The notes beneath the pieces were generated by a model. The model saw nothing but the letters and a program-made list of their open reading frames with translations, did no database searches and was not told where the DNA came from. A stretch of DNA of 53,356 nucleotides, counting the filler, from Jimgerdemannia flammicorona (Eukaryota), in NCBI GenBank assembly GCA_003990765.1. It is 3 parts of 3 records of this genome, joined end to end, with 100 filler letters (N's around TTAATTAATTAA, not from the genome) between each part and the next. Parts side by side here need not be neighbours in the genome. Positions count along the whole stretch, not along the records: positions 35,644 to 53,356 come from RBNJ01002442.1; 2 more parts are not named here. The stretch is one strand, 5' to 3'. Shown here one piece after another: positions 47,455-53,356 of the stretch. Positions within the stretch are counted from its first letter, which is position 1. Every line of letters begins with the position of its first letter. The translations under genes were made by a program, and so were the position numbers.

Positions 47455-49516
47455 TGTAAGAGGGTTGCTTTTTAGGGTAACCGTTACGTAGTTCTGGAAG
47501 GGTTTTCTGGAGGTTCTGGATATTCTGGAAGACTGTTTTCTTATGGCCAAGATCAATTTCATATGGAGTACATCCTCTATGCTTATTGATTTCAAGATTG
47601 AGTTGACATCTCAACCAAAGTCCTTTTTCAGACTAGTTCTGGATGTTCAGGATTTTCTGTATTTCAGGAAGTTCAAGAAACTAAGACCAGCTTAGTTGAA
47701 TTGGTGTATTGCTGCAGACAATACCCAATTAGGAAATTTCGTGATGGGGTTAGGAGTAGGACCTAACAAGGAGCGGATTTACTTAAGAGTGGTTTGTAGG
47801 TTATGGAATAGGTTTATTTGCTATTCATGATATTGCTACACTAGGAGTGGTTGTGTGAAGGGATATTGTGGGGAAGTATTCAGGAATGTTCTTGTGTATT
47901 CGAGTCTGAGATTCTGAGGTCTGGGGGAGGGGGTATTTATACTAGTGAGGGGCTATCTGGACTATGCTGAATATAAATATAGCACTAAGTGCCTTGCTGA
48001 GTTGGAATGCAGTCACATAGTACAAGTGTGATCTTACATATCAAGAGATTGTCTGACTATTGAGTCAGTTTACAGTCACATCGTACAATGCTAATCTAAC
48101 TATACTATGACTGCTAGACTATTTATGGGTTTAGGCGCTGTCTGGGTAGTCTTCAATGATATCACCATCGATTGTATCATCTCTGATGAAGTAGTCATCT
48201 AGGAAGAGTGGTTCACGGATTACTTCTCCTTGTTCACTGAGGTAATAGTACATTGGAACTTCATCTCTGTCCCACAAGATAGCATCGTTGGTCTCATAGG
48301 CTGGATAAGGTGTTGGTGGGCAAAGGATGGGTGTATTGTCTTCACTTTCGTCAGATTCACTGTCTGCATACCTTCTATAGGTTACAGCACTATGAGTTGC
48401 AGAATTATAGTAAGGTGGCAGCTATGGTTCATGTTGCTCATACTCAGGTGGTGGAGTGGTTGGTTCAATCTTGAGGGTTGTCTGGAGGTACAGGTTGTGT
48501 TCTCTGGTCTCCTCATTGTAGTTGAAGTAGTTGGGAGTGAACATGGGTTGGTATTCATACCAGTGGTCATTGTCCCAATAAGTCTCGTATGCAGTTATGA
48601 ACTGTTGCAAGTTCATTGGCAAGTTTGGCGGTATGATCAGGGTTGGCCGAGATCCTTGCCTAGAGGTCATGTCAGCATCAGAGGGATCATTGTCTTCTGC
48701 TTCATCTTTGTCGAAGTGGATTATATCATAGATGTCCTTCATGGTATATCCGACTTGAGGCATTTGCAGGATATGGTCATCAGGGTGTGGGAAGGTTCTG
48801 TCTGTGGTCTGGATGTATTCGAGATACTTGTGGTTGAGTTCTTGTATCATGTCGTTGATTTGGCCATAGGACAGGGTAGCAACCATTTCACTGGTAGTGA
48901 CTTGGAGGCAGGGAATAAAGGTGTTGTACTTATAGAAGAGTTCTCGATGTTTGTGGGTGATGAGCTTCTGGTGTTGAGACATCTGGGTAATGTCTATATC
49001 GTGGTGGTGTTCGACCATATCTTCCAAGAGGTGGCCAATCTGGTAGTAGCTTGAGATTTGTCTGATTCGGTGGACCTCACTAAGCATGTTCAGGGCATTC
49101 CATTGGACTTCCACAAAGTAGAGGGGTGCCAGGCTATGGATATTCATGAGGGGCAGAGGGGGTGTGGCTTGGTTGACAATGGCATTCCAAATGTCACCGC
49201 GGATATGGTTGTAGATCTCAGTGGTCATGTTTGTGTGTTTGGAAGTTATGGTTGTTATTTGTTTTGGTTTTCTGATTTGATGCATCTCAGTGCTCAGTAT
49301 ATATACATTTAGTCCTGATTGGTACGATTCTGTTTGTGTAAATCTTGTGTTCCGTGACTTCATATTGACTCAGCTTTGTGCACTGTGACTTCGGTTTGAC
49401 TCAGCTTTGTGATCAAGCAGGTGATTTCCAGATTTGTTCAGAGGTCGTGTGTAATTTCGGTGGCTTGTTCAGAGGGTGACATGTAATTTCAGTAGCTTGG
49501 AGGTTGTGCACTTACA
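47455..49516 (-). mobile_element. Long solo LTR (2062 bp) carrying an internal ORF
   Basis: Perfect TGTAAG...CTTACA termini; 5-bp TSD GTTAA (47450-47454) / GTTGA (49517-49521); LINE ORF1 resumes across it; minus-strand TATAAATACCCC at about 47930-47941. Confidence 0.88.
48131..49228 (-). pseudogene. LTR-borne accessory ORF, 365 codons with a single in-frame TAG (48422-48424)
   Basis: MTTEIYNHIR..PPLP..RQISSYYQIGHLLE..RELF..FIPCL..PPPEYEQHEP*LPPYY..DSESDESED..IIEDYPDSA; TATATATA at about 49298-49305 upstream. Confidence 0.82.
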
Positions 49517-52500
49517 GTTGAGTATCAGGTTGATGATCAGTGGGAGGAGGAACTTAGGAGAATTGTGAGTGACAGAGCACTTTTCTTATGGAATTCGAGG
49601 AAGGGACTGGAGAAGTGGCATGCTGTCTGCTTGGACTACAGGGCTGATATAGAGGAGGTGGACAGGGTGAAATGTCAGGAAATCTTTGAAGCACTGGAGG
49701 CTCAGGATAATGCTGAGGGTGAATTGGAAGCTGAGTGGTGCTTGGATCTGGCAGGGGATGAGATGAGCATGGAATTATAAATTGGGGTCTCTATTGCAAC
49801 ATTTCTTCAATATGAACAGTACAACTAGGATTTTCTCATTGAACGTTAATAGGCTATGGGGGTCAGCTAGGAGGAAGTATATTTTTGGTTGGCTTAAGGG
49901 ACTGGATGCAGACCTCTTCTTACTGCAGGATATTCATTATGAGGCAGATGGGGACTTACAAGATTGGACTAAGGAATGGGGGAGTGCAGTAGTTTGGAGG
50001 GGGAAAGTGTGTATTCTCATTCGGAAAGGGATGGGGGACATTGGGAACATTGGACATTGGGGGTCTCGGGTGGTGTGGGGAGTGTAGAAGAGGCCTAGAT
50101 GGGGCCCATTGATGGTTGGGTCTTGTTACTGCCCAGCTGAGAGAGGGGAGAGGGTGGAATGGATCCGCAGATTGAAAGAGGCTGGTGTGTTGGGAGGAGT
50201 TGGGTTAGACTGTATGGGGGGTGACTTTAACATGGTATGGGATAAGGAGTTAGACAGGACTGATGGAGGGAGAGGTATGTAGAGTGAAAGTGGTGGGTTG
50301 GGTGACTGGTTGGAGATGGAGAGATTGTGTTCTCTAGTAGACTCAGGAAGACATTTTTGGGCAGATCAGCGGATGTACACTCACTGGGCAGCAGGACTGG
50401 GCTCCAGGATTGACTGGGTTCTAATGGCAGAGTGTTGGGGAACTGATGTCTGGTTAGCACTAGAAGTCATTTGGTGTCCATGCTCTGATCACTGGGGGCT
50501 GCTTGGAGGGGAGAGGTTTGGGGGAAATAAGGATGGACCTGGACATTGGTGACTGAATTCTTCCCTGTTGGAGGATAGAGGGTTGTGGGAGGGATGGGAA
50601 TCAGAGGTGGTTGGAAATATAGGCAGGTGGTGGGAACAAGGACTGGGAATTGGGGACCGCTGGAGAAGGCTGAAGGTGAAGGCTCAGGAGTATTAGAGGG
50701 AAGCAGGGAAATGGAAGTGTGCCCAGTGAAGGCGGCAGGTGCTGTGGGCCTCACGGCATCTGGCAGCACTCATGGAGAGATGGGCAGGTGTGCTGGAGGA
50801 TGGGGCCATGACTGATTGGCATATTGCGAGGATCCGACAGGAGGTGGAGGAGCTCAAAGAGGTGCTATGTAGGGAGGAGGAGGAGCAGTTGCAGGGAATG
50901 GTGGCCCACCTGCCATGGCAGGGGCTTGAGGAGGGGGAGAGGTCAACCAGATTCTTGTCATGGTTGTTATAAGTACGATGAATGAGGCAGCAGTGGGAGG
51001 GAGTTTTGGATGAGAATGGCGAGCTGGTAGTGGAGACTCCGGCAATTCTAGACCTACTGCAAGCCCAGTGGGGGAATCTTTGGAGTGAGGAGGATGGGGG
51101 ATTGGATGCCCTGAACATTGAAAGACAGCTGGGGGATTGGCACCCAGACCCTGCAATGGGACTTGGGGCATTGGGGGACCCAGTGAGTAGTGAGGAGATT
51201 TGCAGGGTTGTGGCCTCAACGAGTAAGGGGACAGCTCCAGGAGAGAATGGGCTTCCCTGGGATTTTGGCAGAAGATGACTGGGGTGGGTGAGGTGCTAGA
51301 GGAGATGACTGCTATGTGTGATGGAGTTCTTCGGTCTGGTGTCTGGATTGGGGGACAGCACTTAGGGCTGGTCTCTTTGCTCTTTAAGGACAAGAGTAGG
51401 CAGGAGGACTGGAAGAACTGGCAGCCGATTATGCTTCTCGACATGGACCGCAAATTGGTGATGAAAATTTTGGTGATGAGGTTGCAAGGTGTCGCTCAGC
51501 AGGTTCTTGGTGTGGAGCAACAAGGGTTTGTTGGTGGTCAGTTGATTCGAGATGGGACAGCCTGGGTTCATGGAGTGATTGAAGGTGCCCGGGCATCAGG
51601 GGTGGATGGAAGATTGGTGTTTCTGGACCAAGAGAAGGCTTATGATAGAGTGCAGAGAATATGGCTGGAGGGAGTGCTGAAGCGGATTGGCATTCTGCCA
51701 GGGGTCCGAAGATCATTAATCAGCCTCTTGGAGGACAGTCAGGCAGTATTGGTCATCAATGGCCACCGGGGGGTGACCTTTCCCCTGGGGTGCAGGGTAC
51801 CACAAGGGGACCCCTTGTCACCCGTATTGTATGCTCTTTCTCTGGAGCCACTACTGGACAGGATTCGGCATAAGATTGGAGGCCTGAACATTTTAGGGGT
51901 GAACTGGAAGGTGGGGGCCTTTGCTGATGATATGGTGGTCGGGCTGGGCTCCTTGGGAGATGTAGGAGAGCTACAGAGGACTGTGGAATGGTATGAGCAG
52001 GGTTCTGGTGCTAAATTTAACTGGCACAAATGGGAGACACTGGTGCTGGGCACTGGAATTGTTGGTGGTGATATTATTGGGATGGTGGTACCAGTGGGTG
52101 AACCAGTGTGCTACTTGGGGATCTACTTCTCGGTGTTCAGATCTCTTCTTCTCCAGGCATGGTGGGACTGTAAACTTCTGGAGTGGGGTAATGTCTTGCT
52201 GAGATGGAGAGGCCGGCATATGTCCCTTGCTGGAAGGGTGATGGTGTTGAATGTGTACTGGATGCCAAAGCTGTGGTATGTTAGATATCATTTGGATTTC
52301 CCACCCTAGGTGGTTAAGGAGTTGTTGAAGATGGCGAGGTCATGGATCTGGAGAGAGTGGTGAAGCCAGGTTGGATGGGAGGTGCTCACACTGACCTTGG
52401 AAAGAGGTGGGCTGGGCCTAGTGGACTTTACTAAGCAGCTTCTATGCCTGAGAGCCTGGTGGCTGCAAAGGGCGAGCGAGCTCAGGGAGTGGGAGTGGGT

Positions 52501-53356
52501 GCCACTCATGCAGAGGTTGTGGGAGGTTTGATACTCCCCACATGGTGGCTCTGGGGATCTGCTTGTAATGGTGGCCATGGAAGGGAGCAGGAAGATGCGG
52601 TTTACAGGCTTTTGGTGGGGAGTGGTGGATGGTACTAAGAAGATTGGACTTTGGTGGTGAGGTGATGAAGCCGAGGAGGTTTGGGGACCGCGGATGTGGT
52701 GGTGGGACAGGCTTCTATTGGGTGGGGTCCTGGTGGAGGACTTTCAGCTTGGCGAGGGCCTGGAGTGTCTGCGAGGCCTAGGGGGGGACCTGTGGCCAGA
52801 AGCCTGGCAGAGGGTTGGAATTGGGGAGGAGTGGAATTGGATTGGACTCTGGCTTTGGAGCAAACGGGTGCGGCAGTGGCTGCCCCCCAAGTTCTGGGTG
52901 GTGTGGTGGAGGGTCTTGCGGCAGAATGTGATGTTGAACTATCAGTCTGGACACTTGGTGGAGGGTGGGGTATTCGAGTGTGAGGATTGTTTCAATGTTG
53001 GTCAGGAAGGAGGAGTGATACAAACACCTGAACATTGGCTTGGTGAATGCGAGGTTTTGGGGGAGTTTTGGGGAGGAATTATGGACAGGATAGGGATGGG
53101 TATCAGGGAGGGAGAGGAAGGGGGGAGATGGGGAGAGCTCCGCCGGTGACTAGTGGATGGAGTTGGGGATGAATGGCTGACCCTTAGTTGGGCTTTGGCT
53201 ATGTGGGTTGGACTGGCTGGGCATTAGGTTTATGTATTTGAGGAAGGATGCCAGGTTGGGGTGGGTGATAAGATGGCCAGGTGGGAATGGTTGATGTTGG
53301 ATATTTTGAATAGCTGGTGGCAGGGTTGGGGGATGGGTGGGGGGTACCGCAGGGGT

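Larger units (their letters stand above)
45725..53356 (+). mobile_element. LINE subfamily B, near full length, interrupted in ORF1 by a solo LTR; ORF2 from 49812 runs off the window
   Basis: 5' end CCAGTAACATTCGGGTGACA; ORF1 45867-47454 plus 49517-49780; GGDFN, SRIDW, CSDH; LDQEKAYDRV, PQGDPLSPVLY, GAFADD, YLGI; CEDC..EHWLGEC; stops and frameshifts. Confidence 0.93.

Noticed and set aside
48230..49054. 274-aa hydrophobic plus-strand ORF resembling an env or membrane protein
   Set aside because: Antisense shadow of the minus-strand ORF, which is the frame with homologs elsewhere in the window.

Overview
Eukaryotic, intron-containing, transposon-dense scaffold segment with two 100-bp assembly gaps. 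It is most consistent with an early-diverging fungus (Mucoromycota, Endogonales/Glomeromycotina-like); this is inferred from the kinase, NmrA-like and TE types. Most of the window is nested, CpG-decayed mobile DNA: an IS630/Tc1-type transposase relic hit by a poly(A) LINE and a solo LTR, hAT relics, five pieces of a G-rich L1/Tx1-like LINE family, a dUTPase-bearing chromovirus, the 3' end of a second Ty3/Gypsy element, and long solo LTRs. A CpG-retaining island (about 3.5-17.7 kb) holds one intact orphan N-myristoylation-motif gene and its inverted pseudogene paralog, an NmrA-like pseudogene, a kinase pseudogene and minisatellite arrays. Two things stand out. (1) An unnamed accessory ORF family (Y-x-I-G-x-x-L ... 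I-P-x-L, acidic tail) occurs five times in four LTR families, either between integrase and the 3' LTR or inside U3 of TSD-flanked 1.6-2.1 kb solo LTRs. (2) A decayed gene starts with a histone H3-tail mimic (MVRTKQTAKKS) followed by an ADD/PHD-like Cys finger. All translations and alignments were done by eye; no database searches were run.
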